Source of the DNA: Eledone cirrhosa
Taxonomy: Eukaryota
DNA length: 64,000 bases
NCBI GenBank assembly: GCA_964016885.1
Contig: OZ024747.1
Coordinates: 79,794,001 to 79,858,000 of the forward strand
Direction of reading: 5' to 3'
Notes under the pieces: generated by a model
The model's input: the letters and a program-made list of their open reading frames with translations, nothing else
Told to the model about the DNA's origin: nothing
Databases searched by the model: none
Part shown: positions 38,764-52,484 of the stretch, piece after piece
Layout of the letters: each line of letters begins with the position of its first letter
Position numbering within the stretch: position 1 is the first letter of the stretch
Translations under genes and position numbers: made by a program

Positions 38764-39338
38764 CGGTGATGATGATGATGGTTCTAGGAGTTCCATTTTT
38801 TAATCTTTATTATACTCTATGATGACATTAGGCAGCATATTGTGGTTGGACCATCATTTCCAATGACGAGTGCTCCAATTGATTCAAGCAAAGGAACTAT
38901 CTAAGTGGCTGAGCATTCCACAGACATATAAACCTATAATGCAGTTCTCAGGGAAACTCAGCATGACAAGGTTAGCCTCTTGAAACACAGGTACAACTCA
39001 CCTTGAAATCAAGTGATAATAATAATGGTTTCTGATTTAAGCACAAGGCCGACAATTTTGAAGGGAAGGGGCAAGTCGATTAAATCGATCCCCAGTGCAT
39101 TACTGGTACTTTATTTTATTGACCCTGTAAGGATGAATGGCAAAGCTAACCTCAGTGGGTTTTGAACTCAGAACGTAAAAGGCCATAACTAAATGCTGCA
39201 AAACATGTTGTCCAACATCCTAACTGATAATGCCAATGAAAGCCCAAATCTTCTTTCAAAATGGCTTTCACTAAAACACCTGAGTAAATATTATCCCAAT
39301 GATGTAATAAAGAAAAATATTGTAATTAGTAAATGTAC

Positions 39339-39458
39339 CTTTTTAGCTTCTTCTTTGGTTAGTGATTCTGTAAGAAGACCTAATGCATCACCAACAGCAT
39401 GACCATAAATAGTTGCATAGACACATTTGTACACCCGGTCAATCTCTTTTTTAGGAAT
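39339..39458 (-). CDS. ARH-like exon 2 IPKKEIDRVYKCVYATIYGHAVGDALGLLTESLTKEEAKK
   Basis: ttccag acceptor, gtacat donor; G.AVGDALG...E motif. Confidence 0.93.
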
Positions 39459-41104
39459 CTGGAATAAATTTATAAGAAAGTTATCATCAGTGTTTAATGT
39501 CCATTTACCACACTAGCATGGGTAGGACGGGCTGTCCCTTTGTGAGAGATCAGGTTGGAGGACTGTGTTTCGCTGACACAGAACTGATTTTGGCTTGGTA
39601 TCTACGACTGGATGCCCTTCTTTATGCCAACCACATTTACATTGTTCAGAATAAAGCTCACTGAAAATTCTATAATTTACAATATTACCATGAACACATA
39701 TTTTAGCTTTTAACATTTATATTGATTTTTCTTCCTTGTACATTTTTTGTAGAAGATTATTTGATCTGTAACTGATATATGTTGGTAGAGACTTGTTATA
39801 GTACCACTTAATAAATAAGTGAACTGTTAGTTAGTGATTCAGTTATTTAATTAAAATTTGCTTTCTGATCTCCACTTTAATTTGCCTTAAATCTATTTAC
39901 AAAAATAGAAAGCCTGTCAAATGATTTCAAAATATTTCTCGTTTTTTCAAACCATAACTAAAATTAGTTAAATTTATTAACTTGATAGAGATAAATGTCT
40001 ATCAAGTTAATACATTTTTAAAATTACGACAGATCAAATAGTTGTTAGCAGTATATTATACTGAGCAAGTTTACATCAAATAATTGTTTCTACTTTTGGC
40101 ACAAGGCCAGGGATTAATCAGTACATTACTGGTACTTTATTTTATCGACCATCGACATCGTAAGGATGAAAGGCATCAGAAATATATAGACAAATTATAA
40201 AATAGAGATCATAGACAACTGCCGGTAATTTCTGTGAGTGAAAAAGACAACTGAAAAAAAAAAATATATATATATATATATAATCGTATTCTACACCTTA
40301 AATTGTATTATTAAGAAAGTTATAAGAAAACAGCCAGGTGTGTGGCACAGTTTGTAGTTATACCGTCTTATTTATATACTTAAATAAAGTCTAGTGTACA
40401 CACATGATGTTTCTTTATTGCTTTGCAACCACATGGTTTCATGTTCAATTCCACTATATAAAACATAGCCGCCAATCAGCAATGCATATTTTCTAGAGAT
40501 ATATTTTCGAAGGTCTAGATTACAATTATGTTGATAGAAAGTGTTTAAACTGTCATTTTCAGCTCCGGAAAACATCGGTAGTTGTCTGTGATCTTAAAAC
40601 GAAGAGTTACCACAGTAATTATCTTTCAACAAAGAGCACCTGCCTGTTTCGTGATATAGCAGTTTTATACGTTTTGTATTCACAAACGAGAACACAAATC
40701 GTTAAATAAAAATTGTTTAAGCTTAAAATAGATATTTAACGTTGTTGTATCATTTGAGTAGCGATGATATAGGTTGTTGATAAGTATATCTGTCGACACA
40801 GAGTATAATTAGACACGCTATTACCAACAAATACAATATGTTCAACTTGGTTTATTAAGAGATATAGATAAAATACCCAAGCATCGCTACCCAACTGATG
40901 CGGTGGGGAAACGCACTTAGGGGTGCATAATTCCAGACACAAGCCGCTTCGTGGTGCCACTGGACAGAATGGAGAAAGTATTGCGCCGAAGGATGGCGAG
41001 AGAGACGTGTTGGTTTATTTATTGCTATCCCATAGCACTGAAGATATCAGGATTTTTTGTGTCAATAAACAAAACAACGAGAACAAGTCACCTGAAACAC
41101 ATAC

Positions 41105-41212
41105 CTTGCTGTTGATAATTTTCCTTCTTTTCGCAATATATGATTGTCGACTAATAGTTCTTAGCGGCTCCTGTATGTTGAGTTTCCTTTTTAAATAACC
41201 GCCCGACGCCAT
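41105..41212 (-). CDS. ARH-like exon 1 MASGGYLKRKLNIQEPLRTISRQSYIAKRRKIINSK
   Basis: ATG in atcATGG context within a locally CpG-richer stretch; aag/gtatgt donor; phase 0 fits exon 2. Confidence 0.75.
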
Positions 41213-41493
41213 GATTCGTCAGGTGTGTTGTACTAAACTACAGGAATGCGACCACTGACCTCAATTTCACCGAGAATGACAACCGACTGGATTCACTGCT
41301 GTTTTATTATTTGTCAACAGATAACTCCTGTGTCGTATAAAAAACATCAACAACAAACATAAACTAGAAAGAAAATAAAAGAAACAAAAAATATTTCAAC
41401 ACAAAAATCTCTGAAATATTTTCCTCTTATGATCAGTTTATTGTATCTCAAACTACATTATATAATATATTGTTTCTCTTATGGCCAGTTTAA

Positions 41494-41712
41494 CTCTTTA
41501 CCATTTAAACCAGCCATATCTGGCCAGAATTCTCACACCTCTCTCTGTTCAAACTGGCTGTAACCAGCTGCTCATACTGATGTTAAGGTATTGTTCTCAA
41601 AATAAATAATTTCAAAATCTCATAGATTCGATATCATGTGAGGTATTTATGTGAGGTAAAGCCATTACCATGAAAATATAACTATATATAAAGTAATGTA
41701 AATGGTAAAAGG
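41494..41712. mobile_element. piggyBac-type MITE about 280 bp upstream of the ARH-like ATG
   Basis: ttaa-flanked, same family; a partial inverted copy follows at 41717-41774. Confidence 0.8.
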
Positions 41713-42327
41713 TTAAATAGAAAGAGGTGAGAGGATTCTGGCCAAATACAACTGGTTTAAATGCTAAAGGATTAAGTATCCCCTTTATACTGTATCAGTT
41801 TTTTTAAAATTCAGGGTATACATACAAACATACACATATACTGACATGTAGAATACTATGTTCATTTCTATAACTAGAACATCCACTCCTTTTCAAAATA
41901 TTTCTAACATTCCTTTTTGTGTATATTTATAATTTCATTCCTTTGAATTTATGTGACGGCCATTCTTTTGTGTTTATTTGTACATAATTAAGATTGCCAA
42001 CCTTAACTTGAATACATCCAGATTAAATTAAAGTCAACCATCAACTTGAACAAATGTAAGCTATACACTTACAATCAATCTCATTCACCAGACATAGACT
42101 GCCCAAGGAAGAGTTATATAACACTCAGATTTTCTGTGTCTATTACTGCTGTGTATTATTTACTTGATGTTGAAACCAAATCCTCATATATGTACTATAA
42201 ATAGCACATATATGATGTAAAACTTGCTATAGTGGTATAACTTGTCATAGAGACAGAGATTTGTCAACCAGTAGTGAATGTAAATAAAACCATTTTAAAT
42301 ATTATCTTGCAGTATTATTTATCATGG

Positions 42328-42513
42328 GTGCGGCGGATTGGCAGTATCGGTAGAGGGTCGGACGCCATGCTTTCCAGCATAGTTACATCCCTTTATGATC
42401 TGAGTTCAAATCCCACCGAGGTTAACTTTGCCTTTCATCCTTACGGGGTCGATAAAATAAAGTACCAGTAATGCACTGGGATAATTGCTGGCCTTGTGCC
42501 TAAAGTAGAAACA
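42328..42513 (+). mobile_element. tRNA-derived SINE (same core family)
   Basis: 14-bp TSD ATTATTTATCATGG at 42314-27 and 42514-27. Confidence 0.88.
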
Positions 42514-42540
42514 ATTATTTATCATGGACTGAATTTATAT

Positions 42541-42900
42541 ATCATCATCATCATCATCAACATTTGACGTCTATTTTTCCATGCTAGCATGGGTTAGATG
42601 GGTTGACCCGTTGTGAGACAAATCAGATGTGGTGGCTTGGTTTCTATGGCTGGATGCCCTTCCTAATGCCAACCACATTTACAGTGTGTACTGTGTTCTT
42701 TTTATCATAACACCTACATAACCCTTTTACAGTGTGGACAGGGCACTTTTTATCATAACACCAGTATAACCACTTTACTGTGTGCGTGTGCTGGGCACTT
42801 TTTGTCGTGTCACCAGCACGACCACTTTACTGTGTGGGCTGGGTGCTTTTTGTCGTGTCACCAACATGACCACATTACTGTGTGGATTATGAGTTAGGGT
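42541..42900 (-). mobile_element. RTE/SINE 3' tail with tandem modules
   Basis: (CAT)n tail, GGATGCCCTTCCTAATGCCAACC, repeated ~45-bp modules. Confidence 0.8.
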
Positions 42901-44277
42901 GGGGGAGGTGCATGGGGATTGGAGAGGTAGATTTAGTGGTGGTGGTGGTGGTGGTGGTGGGGGAGGGGTATAGATAAAGAGTGGGGTGTTAGGAGGTGGA
43001 TAGAGTGTTAGGGTATGGGAGGTGTATGGAAGGAGGAAGTGGAGGTAAGGGAAAGTAGTGTGCACTAGATGTATGCTTCAACCTGTGCAGATGCGAGTCT
43101 TCTGTATTACTGCATAACGCATATGATGATAATAAATATATGTATATATATATATGAAAAGATTCAGGACCCCGACTGCTGAGCTCCGGCTGTTTCAACA
43201 GGGAGTTCGGATCTAGCTGTTGAAACGGACGGAGCTCAGCCGGAAACACTGATGCACAGATAGTCTCTGTCCAGCTGAGTATTAGTGAACAGCGAGGGTA
43301 TGGCGTTTAGTCAAACTCTGCTATGGAGTTGGAAAGCAAAGTACTAACATGCCAGACGGTGGTGGGCATTCAGGTGCACAAGTCTGTCTGAAGCTTGACC
43401 ACACTGGATTGGACTTCCACAGAGTTGGCGCCGAGTCGGTTCCAAGTTGCATTGACGCCTCGAGATCCCTGATCATAGTAGGTCCTGATGTGGTTTGGAG
43501 ACCCTTGCTAATAAAGTCACGACAGGAGGCCATCGACGACAGAAATGCCTGCAATGCCAACGAAACTGGAGAGCATAGAAAAAAGCTACCATATCTGTCG
43601 CGTAAAGCGCTTTGTTGCTATGCATATCACAACTCGCCTCCCCCCTTCTCACCCCTCCACAAAGTTATATTATACGTCTAAAACTGCCTTGACAACCGCG
43701 CTACAAAAGAGATAATAGTCAAGGATTCCGTCTAATAGTTATGTTTTAATAGTTTTGCGAAACAATATGGTATTGCGAAATCCCATTACAAATAATTGTT
43801 TCTACTTTAGGTACAAGGCCAGCAATTAATCCAATGCATTACTGGTACTTTATTTTATCGACCCCGTAAGGATGAAAATAATATCCAAGGGAAGCTATTA
43901 TAAATCTTTCCTAAGTTATCTCCCTTGGTAATTTACACTATAGGTCACATATCTCTTCGTAATTCTTTGCACACGAATCTGTCTGCCAGTCCACCCAAGC
44001 AGATCGGTATGAGAAATATAAAAATATAGCTAAGAAACATTAGTTTCAGCTTTATTTTATTTTTATTTCACGTTTTTTAAAAGGACGTTTTGTGCATTTA
44101 TATAGAAAGTGTACTGGAAATTAAAAGAAAAGCTACTGGGCTTTCCTTTTTTATTCCATTTTATATACACTTTTCAAAACTGCAAACTACATATTTATTA
44201 TTCAGTCATAGTTTGTTTATTACTAAAAATAAATGACATCCTTATTCACTTATATTTACTAGTTATTAATCACCACA

Positions 44278-44282
44278 TGTGT

Positions 44283-44379
<97 letters not shown>

Positions 44380-44390
44380 TGTATGTGTGT

Positions 44391-44450
<60 letters not shown>
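44278..44450. repeat. (TG)n microsatellite
   Basis: Direct reading. Confidence 0.98.
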
Positions 44451-44454
<4 letters not shown>

Positions 44455-45937
44455 ATCTATTGTAATATTTAAAAAATATAAATGCATTTTATTTACACAC
44501 ATATTTCATATAATAAAAAGGAGAGGTAGACTCTACACCCCCCAAGTTAATCAGATATGAATCACTTAGCGACAATAAAACACTAAAAATATTTGAAAAA
44601 AATGTTACTATATTTTACTTTAAGGTGGCGAATTGACAGAATTGTTAGAACGTCAGATAGAACCTTTGCGGTATTTGTTTCAGCTCTCTACTCTCTGAGT
44701 TCAAATCCTGCCGAGGTCTACCTTGCCTTTCATCCATTTAAGGTCGATAAAATGTTCCAGTCTAGTACTGGGATCGATTCTTCTCCATTATCTCTTTCTC
44801 ATTTTTCTTATCTCACTCTCTATCCTTCTCTGAAAGAAATCTGCTGTATTTAACGCCGGAGAGGAGGTGGGCCCCGCCATTAAAACAAACCCTAGAAACG
44901 CTGTATGTCGATACAGCGTCCCTACGACTCCCCCAGGAGTTACGGGACCATACATGTATAGTTAACTTTGCTGATCTTGTGCCAATATTAGAACTCAATA
45001 TTACTATAGTCCCTCCCCTTAATACAAGCAACACCAGAGAATGAACCTCCAGGGAAAGATGCTGGTGATATTTTCTTGTTTTAGATTGCTTTACTAGGAA
45101 TCTACCCGTCGGTGACTTTGTATAAGTTAGTCTATATATATATGCTTCTCTGAATTAGATATACTCTAGCGATCTTTCATTGAGATGTGTGTATATATTA
45201 TATATTAAATATATATATTAAACGAACGATTTGGCTAGTACTCCTGCAGCGTGCTCTCTGATTTCTTTTTAGAATTTGTGTGTATGTATAGCTATAGAAG
45301 AAAGAATTTTCAACTACAATATTTTATCAAGGGAGGTAAATGTAGTAGATTGTTATGGGAGACAACATTTAACTTAACATTACAAGAGTATTTTCACTTG
45401 AATATTTATTTTGTTTTTAAAAGGACATTTGTATTTGAATTTAGTTCATCATTTTATGTTTAATTACAAATATGAAGTAGATTGACAGAGTCTATAGATA
45501 TTAGATAAACAGAGATATTAAATTAAAGATGTTGTTTAGAAATGTGTCCGTCTCGAGCCTGAGGCTAATCAAGCTGGTGCATATCCCAGTTTCTATGGCG
45601 ACTGAGAGTAGAAGACTTACCCTGGACTATTTCATTAGAAACATTTTACAAAGTCGGAGAGAAAGGGAGAAATTAATCAGAGTTATGTGGAGTCCCGATC
45701 TGATATAGAAAGTTGTTTTCTATAAATCCCCATCACTATCTATCGTTGCCCACCGAAACTCCTAAACCATGCTCACAATCTGTTGTCATTTTGTGTATTT
45801 GATATCTATTAGAATATAGGCATCTTACTTCAACGAATATTATCATAAGTACATCAACCACAACAACAACAGCAACAACGGAGGTACACATGGAGATAGC
45901 AGTGGAAGAATTTACTGTTACTATTATTGCAGGACTA

Positions 45938-46126
45938 AGGGCGGTGGATTGTCAGTATCGGTAGAAGGTCGGACGCCATGCTTTGCAGCAAAGAGTTACG
46001 GCCCTTTATGGTCTGAGTTCAAATCCCGCCGAGGTTAACTTTGCCTTTCATCCTTACGGGGTCGATAAAATAAAGTACCAGTAATGCACTGGGATAATTG
46101 CCAGCCTTGTGCCCAAAGTAGAAATA
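45938..46126 (+). mobile_element. tRNA-derived SINE (same core family)
   Basis: 18-bp TSD ACTATTATTGCAGGACTA at 45920-37 and 46127-44. Confidence 0.9.
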
Positions 46127-46243
46127 ACTATTATTGCAGGACTATGTATGGACCAGTAACACCTGGTGGAGACACAGGGACACCGTCGTGACATACGATG
46201 GCGTGTCTTGGGCACTTTAAACCTAATATATGTCTTCCGGAGA

Positions 46244-46244
<1 letters not shown>

Positions 46245-46323
<79 letters not shown>
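46245..46323. repeat. (GA)n microsatellite
   Basis: Direct reading. Confidence 0.98.
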
Positions 46324-46328
<5 letters not shown>

Positions 46329-46565
46329 TCGACTCCACTCTCAGTACTTGACTGGTAGTTTTCTTATCGACCTCAGAAAGACGAAAGGCAAAGTTGAACA
46401 TAACAGAATTTACACCCAGAGAGTTCATACCTAACACCTAAAACACACTACTACAATGTATTTACTTTATATTATACAGAATACACACAATAGGTCAAAA
46501 CCAAAAGGCGGTACGTACCCTACATACTAGGTTTGGTAGTGAAAGTACTCAATAGAATTAATATG

Positions 46566-46752
46566 ATAATAATGTTTCTAACGTTGGCACAAGGCCAGCA
46601 ATTACCACAGTGCATTACTGGTACTTTATTTTATCGACCCCGTAAGGATGAAAGGCAAAGTTAACCTCGGCGAGATTTGAACTCAGAATGGCAAGGACCG
46701 TAACTATGCTGGAAAGCATGGCGTCCGACCCTCTACCGATATTGCCAATCCA
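46566..46752 (-). mobile_element. tRNA-derived SINE (same core family)
   Basis: Reverse complement of the 45938 copy. Confidence 0.88.
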
Positions 46753-47250
46753 TAATTAATGAGAGCAGGAGATGATAAGAATAACAATAAATTAAGGGTT
46801 TCTCAAAAACAGAAGCTTGGTGTAACTGGTTCATTAAAAGACTGGGGTTATCAATGTGTATAAGAAACACCCATCGCCTAGAAAATGTCAGCGGATTATG
46901 AAGACAAAATATCAGAAAGATATGCTATCTGTTTTTGCTAAACTGGTTTTGTAACGTTTTACTACCGTATTTCATGTACAGTATGATATTTTCATTGTAA
47001 ATAACAGCCCTTCTGCTTTATGTTCAGCTATACCGTTAACTTGCTTTGTATCAAATATTTTCAACTATAGCTATAACTTTGGGTTTTTTTTTCTAGCTAT
47101 GTTTTATATTTGCATTCATGTATGATATTTTCACTGTTCTTGCCTGCTTTCCTGGTTTAGCAATATTTTCATCTCTACTGTTAGTTTGTTGTTATAAAAT
47201 ACTTTCTCCTATAGCTAAGCTGCTTTCGTTTTCTCTCGTCAATTACAGCC

Positions 47251-47286
<36 letters not shown>

Positions 47287-48247
47287 GAAAGATTTTTCGT
47301 GGTGTTCTTGTTGCATGTTTTGTCTGAGCTTTTAGTTTCTGATATACTGTAGCTACATATTTCACTAAACATTAAACATTTAAATACACTAAAAACATTC
47401 AAAAATATTCCATGTTGAATATTGAATATTCCATGTGTGTGTGTGAGTGTGTGTGTGTGTGTGAGTGTGTCTGTGTATATGTGTGTGAGCGTGAGTATGT
47501 ATGTGTGTGTGAGTGTGTTGTGTATGTATGTATGTGTGTGTGTGTGTATGTATGTGTGTGTGTGTCTGTGTGTATGTGTGTATATGTGGTACTTCACATA
47601 TCCGCCGGTATTATATGCCATTAAATACGACAGTTTACTGTTGTCTTATTTTGGTAACAGAAAATGATATCAAGCTTATGTGCTAAATTTCCATCGTATT
47701 TTTGCATTATCATTTTATAAACCAGTTGGAGGAGGCTCATGATAGAAAAAAGTATTACTGGAAGTCAGATCCCACCGAGGGTAGATTTGCCTAAATCAGA
47801 AACCATTTTTGTTATCCAAGGGAATCTTTAGAACGTCAGATAAAATGATATGTGGCATTTAGTTTTGGTCTTTTACGTTTTCAGTTTTGAGTTCAAATCC
47901 AGTCGAGGTCAACTTAGTTTTCCATCCATCTGAGGTGGATAAAATAAAATACCAGTAAAGTACTGGGTTGATATAATCGACTTTTCCCTTTCTCCAAATT
48001 GCATGCTTTTACTGCCAAACTGAGAGTGTAGTGTAAGTACAGCATTTTCCTTTTGACCGTTCTTTTGACCGTTCTCAGTTGGGCGATAGTAGCATCTGTA
48101 GTGTCTCATATATTTCCAATGCAAATCATGTTATATTCCAACAGAGTTCATCCCTGGAAGACCACTAGAAACGATATTAACATTCATTGAAGATAGTTTC
48201 TTAATCAATAATACACACCTTCTTCTTCTCCACCAGATTGAACAAGT

Positions 48248-48800
48248 CTTCTTCTTCTTCTTCTTCTTCTTCTTCTTCTTCTTCTTCTTCTTCTTCTTCT
48301 TCTTCTTCGCTCACTTATTCCTGAGAGGGTCGTGGGGGCAGAATCCTCAAATACTCCTTCCAGCGGGTCCTGTCAGCAGCAACATTCTCTAACTGAACTG
48401 GTTGGATCCCCAAGCGTGACCAGCCAAACTCATGGATGTTATCCAACCATCTTGCTTGAGGTCTACTCCTGGGTCTCCTGCCGGTTGGTTTTTGCCCGTA
48501 AAATCTGTCCAGCGATTCTTTCCCGAGACATTCTAACCACATGCCCACAATATCGGAGCTGTGGTCTCTCAATTCTGAGAAGTTGTAGCTCTACTTGGAG
48601 TGACTCTCTGATCTCCGAGCTACGCACTTTATCGAGTAACGTTACTCCAGAGACTCTTCGGAGGAATCCCATTTCGGCCGCTTGTGTTTGCGATCGTATT
48701 TTTTCAGTAATTACCCAAGATTCATGACTATAGGTAAGGTAAGGGTTGGCACGAAAACCGAATTGAAGATAGCGAGTTTGGCTTTTACACCTACCTCCCT
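48248..48800 (-). mobile_element. Second RTE-type family, 3' fragment with (GAA)n tail
   Basis: AEMGFLRRVSGVTLLDKVRSSEIRESL...QLRYCGHVVRM...GRRPRSRP..RWLDNI. Confidence 0.88.
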
Positions 48801-49209
48801 TCTGTCTAAATGCACTGCAATTTTAGATGTTGGACATGTCGTTTCTGTTATATATAGTTCGTATTCCTTTTTATCTACCCCAGGGCACATATCATTAAGG
48901 TATTTTTGTCTATTTTCGAACCTCACATTCTGTATAATTTTATTTCCAGATCATTATATTTGGATAATTTCTCTATTTCTTATTATAGTCTGTTAGAATC
49001 GATGCTTCGATTAGCAGACATTTCATTATAAAAGCGTTTGTCAACAATGTCTGAATGATTTTCTTTGATCTGCTTGTCTGTGTGAATCGGCATATCTCAG
49101 AATATAGTAACGTTGTAATTCTCTGAAATATTTTGTGCTGTTCGCTTGTATTAAGTCTTTTCAAGTTCTAACTCAGTTATAAGCCAGAAATAATGTGATT
49201 TGATTGTCT

Positions 49210-49503
<294 letters not shown>

Positions 49504-49505
<2 letters not shown>

Positions 49506-51310
49506 CGATATTAAATAAATGGAAACTATATTTATAAAACCATATTTATTTCATTATATATATTTCAGGGATATCATATTAACAATATGTTATGCCTTCC
49601 TCAGACAAAATACAATATAGACAGTTTTATAGATAAATAGATTTGACATACCGTTCAACATCGACTTGTATTTGAAAAAGTTGATTTGGCAGTGAAAAAT
49701 TGTAAACAGAAAGAAAGAAAGAGAGAAAGAAGGAAAGAAAGAAAGAAAACGAAGAAAAAGAAGAAAAAGAAGAAATGCATGCAACAAAATAGAGAGATGG
49801 AAAGATAGATAAAGAGAAGAACTTCATGCAAAGAAACAGAGAGAAATATATATAGAGAGAGGAAATAGATAGAGATAGATATATATAGAGAAAAGTAGGT
49901 AGTTGGACATCCGTTGAATGAACGTATCAATGATACATTTATTTATTTATTTATTTATTTATTTAGCTCTAGTATTAATGTAAGGGAGATATATGTGGTT
50001 AGGAAAGAAACCAGCCGTTATATAGAGAGAAAAATGAAAAGTAACCAGACATAGGCGAGGCATAATTTAAAAACCCTATGTTTTAATGTAGAGATATTAG
50101 TACGTATAAAAACCAGGCACTATAATGTAAATATCAGTATTCCTGAATGAGACACGTATCCATAATGTGTGAAAAGTAATGATCTTATGTCTAGTTTTAA
50201 AAATTCATATGTTTATATGATAACTACAAACATCGATGTGAATTTACGTGATCAACTCTGCAAACCCCTATTTCACACGGAGAGCATTCTCATTGTGCTA
50301 TAAAAATTTAAGTATACATATATGTGTATATATATACACATATATATAGAGTCTATATAATTTTAACAATACTATTCTTGTCTTTACTCTACATGATTAT
50401 CTATCAAGCAGAAATAGAGAACAGATTTCAATATATTAATAAAAAAAAAACAGATTTCAATATATTAATAAAAAAAAAAAAAAAAATATCAGAAACAAAA
50501 ACAAAAAATAATAATAATAATAATAATAAATAATGATAAACTAAAAAATATTACATATTAAAAATAAAAATTAAAAAATATTAAAAAATATTACAATAAT
50601 AAAAATAAAAACATAATAGAAACATAATATGCCACGCAAATCGACCACAAAGATCAACCCTTCAAAAATTAATTGACAATATATTGCCAAGTTCATTATA
50701 AGCATCAGAGTCGAAAACAGATAAAGCTAAAAATTATTTACCAAATCGCGTCTAGCAAAAATCATTTCAAAAAGTTTAGGATGCCCATTTGGTCTACATA
50801 TGTTCTTCTATTTAATATAGAAGTTTATCTAGTGTAACGTTTATTCGAAATATTTGGAGCATCAACTTTTAGGGTAGTTTAATTTTTCATGAAGAATGTT
50901 TAAATAAAAATAAAAATAAAAATAAAAAGAAGAATAAAAAGAAGAAATCGAAAGATTTATCGGCTAGTTTCCCAAATAATTATAAATCAAACTAAATATA
51001 CTACATTTTAAATTTAAATTTATATTTAAAAGTTGAGTTTAATCTATGTTTGCAGCAACTGAATAAATTTGTCCGTAGATTAAGGGAATTTTTAGATTTT
51101 AGTATAAAGAATATCTCCTCTGTCGTTTTCAAACATTTTCAAATACAAGTCGATGTTGAACGGTATGTCAAATCTATTTATCTATAAAACTGTCTATATT
51201 ATATTTTGTCTGAGGAAGGCATAACATATTGTTAATATGATATCCCTGAAATATATATAATGAAATAAATATGGTTTTATAAATATAGTTTCCATTTATT
51301 TAATATCGTA
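49504..51310. repeat. 175-bp inverted repeat pair (49504-49678 / 51136-51310), probable Penelope-like pLTRs
   Basis: Arms near-identical in reverse complement, both abutting or near (TA)n; each arm carries a hammerhead core. Confidence 0.88.
51203..51266 (+). ncRNA. Putative type I hammerhead ribozyme (mirror copy on - strand about 49548-49611)
   Basis: Stem I AUUUUGU/AUGAAAU; CUGAGGA at 51210-16; stem II AGG..CAUAUU/AAUAUG..CCU; GAAA at 51248-51; UAUAUA stem III; UA at 51258-59. Confidence 0.6.
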
Positions 51311-51470
51311 AATATACTCCAAATACTTGTTGAGTGCTTTTATATCAGTTATAAATATTTACTAGTTGTAACCCAACAATTTAAATATAACTTTCCATAT
51401 ATATATATACATATTTTATAGTTGAGACAGTAAACAAAAAACAAAAAAAACGTGGAAGCGAAGAGGCAGT

Positions 51471-51579
<109 letters not shown>

Positions 51580-51690
51580 GTATATATAGATATATATGTA
51601 TATATATATATATGTATATATATGTATATATAGATATATATGTATATATATATATATGTATATATAGATATATGTATATATATGTATATT

Positions 51691-51727
<37 letters not shown>

Positions 51728-52484
51728 GTATAAATATACACACACACACACATATATATATATATGTATGTATGTATATGGAACTTGGTGAGAAAGATTT
51801 GGTCTTGTGGTGCGATTAAAAAGTAGTGTCTAGTATCATTTGTAATTTCAATAAATTGTCATAATTTGTTAAAGACTTTGTGTACATCCTGTACTTTTGT
51901 AGTTCTATAGCAGATATTTTAATAATAGTTTTCTAAATGTTCCATATGCCAATGACCTTACATTTATGGTAAATATGTTCTTTCTCTGTTGGTCTTTGGG
52001 TGGTGTGTTATAAACGGAGTAATTATTTTCCAGTGTCGTCTTGTTAATCTACTTAACATTCAGTTGAGAATATCATAACTGTAACTTAGTTCTGGAACAG
52101 CTAGAATTTTGTTATCTATTATCTTATGCTTAGTATTTAGATCTCTTATAAGTATTAATATTTAATACGGGTATTAAATATTCGTTCATAGACATTTCAT
52201 TCACCTTTGTGTGTCTTGTATCCTGTCTAATTCATGAATAGGTATTAATAAATCTATCTTTAGTTGGATTCTTTTATTTGTGTTTCTGTATCTAACATAA
52301 TTGTGAGTTTTCAAAATGAGGTTTCTTCCTTTCAATGTTGCATTAACGCAGCTTTCTGCACAAAATTTCCCAGCTGAATCCACCCGTACAGCGGTTATAA
52401 TAAAGTGTTCAGTTATTTGTCATCTCCAATATAAATGTTGAACACACCCATTTACAAAAGATGGTTGATGACCATCCTGAAGTA

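Larger units (their letters stand above)
27058..41212 (-). other. ADP-ribosylglycohydrolase-family (ARH/DraG/crystallin J1 fold) gene span, complete, 9 exons, 392 aa
   Basis: Exons 41212-41105, 39458-39339, 37902-37753, 37227-37084, 36174-36020, 35535-35382, 33630-33472, 32344-32214, 27115-27058 all have GT-AG ends and total 1179 nt = 393 codons. Motifs: GHAVGDALGLLTE, GDWTDDTD, GGDADANAAVAG...G...IP..W. Confidence 0.92.

Noticed and set aside
50135-50190. CUGAAUGA..ACAC/GUGU..GAAA hammerhead-like string
   Set aside because: Core spacing is wrong and there is no clear stem I or cleavage site
51790-52470. Decayed Penelope RT-like sequence (also faint GIY-YIG-like traces at 59400-59720 and 60800-61270)
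   Set aside because: Too degenerate to support by eye; needs an HMM search
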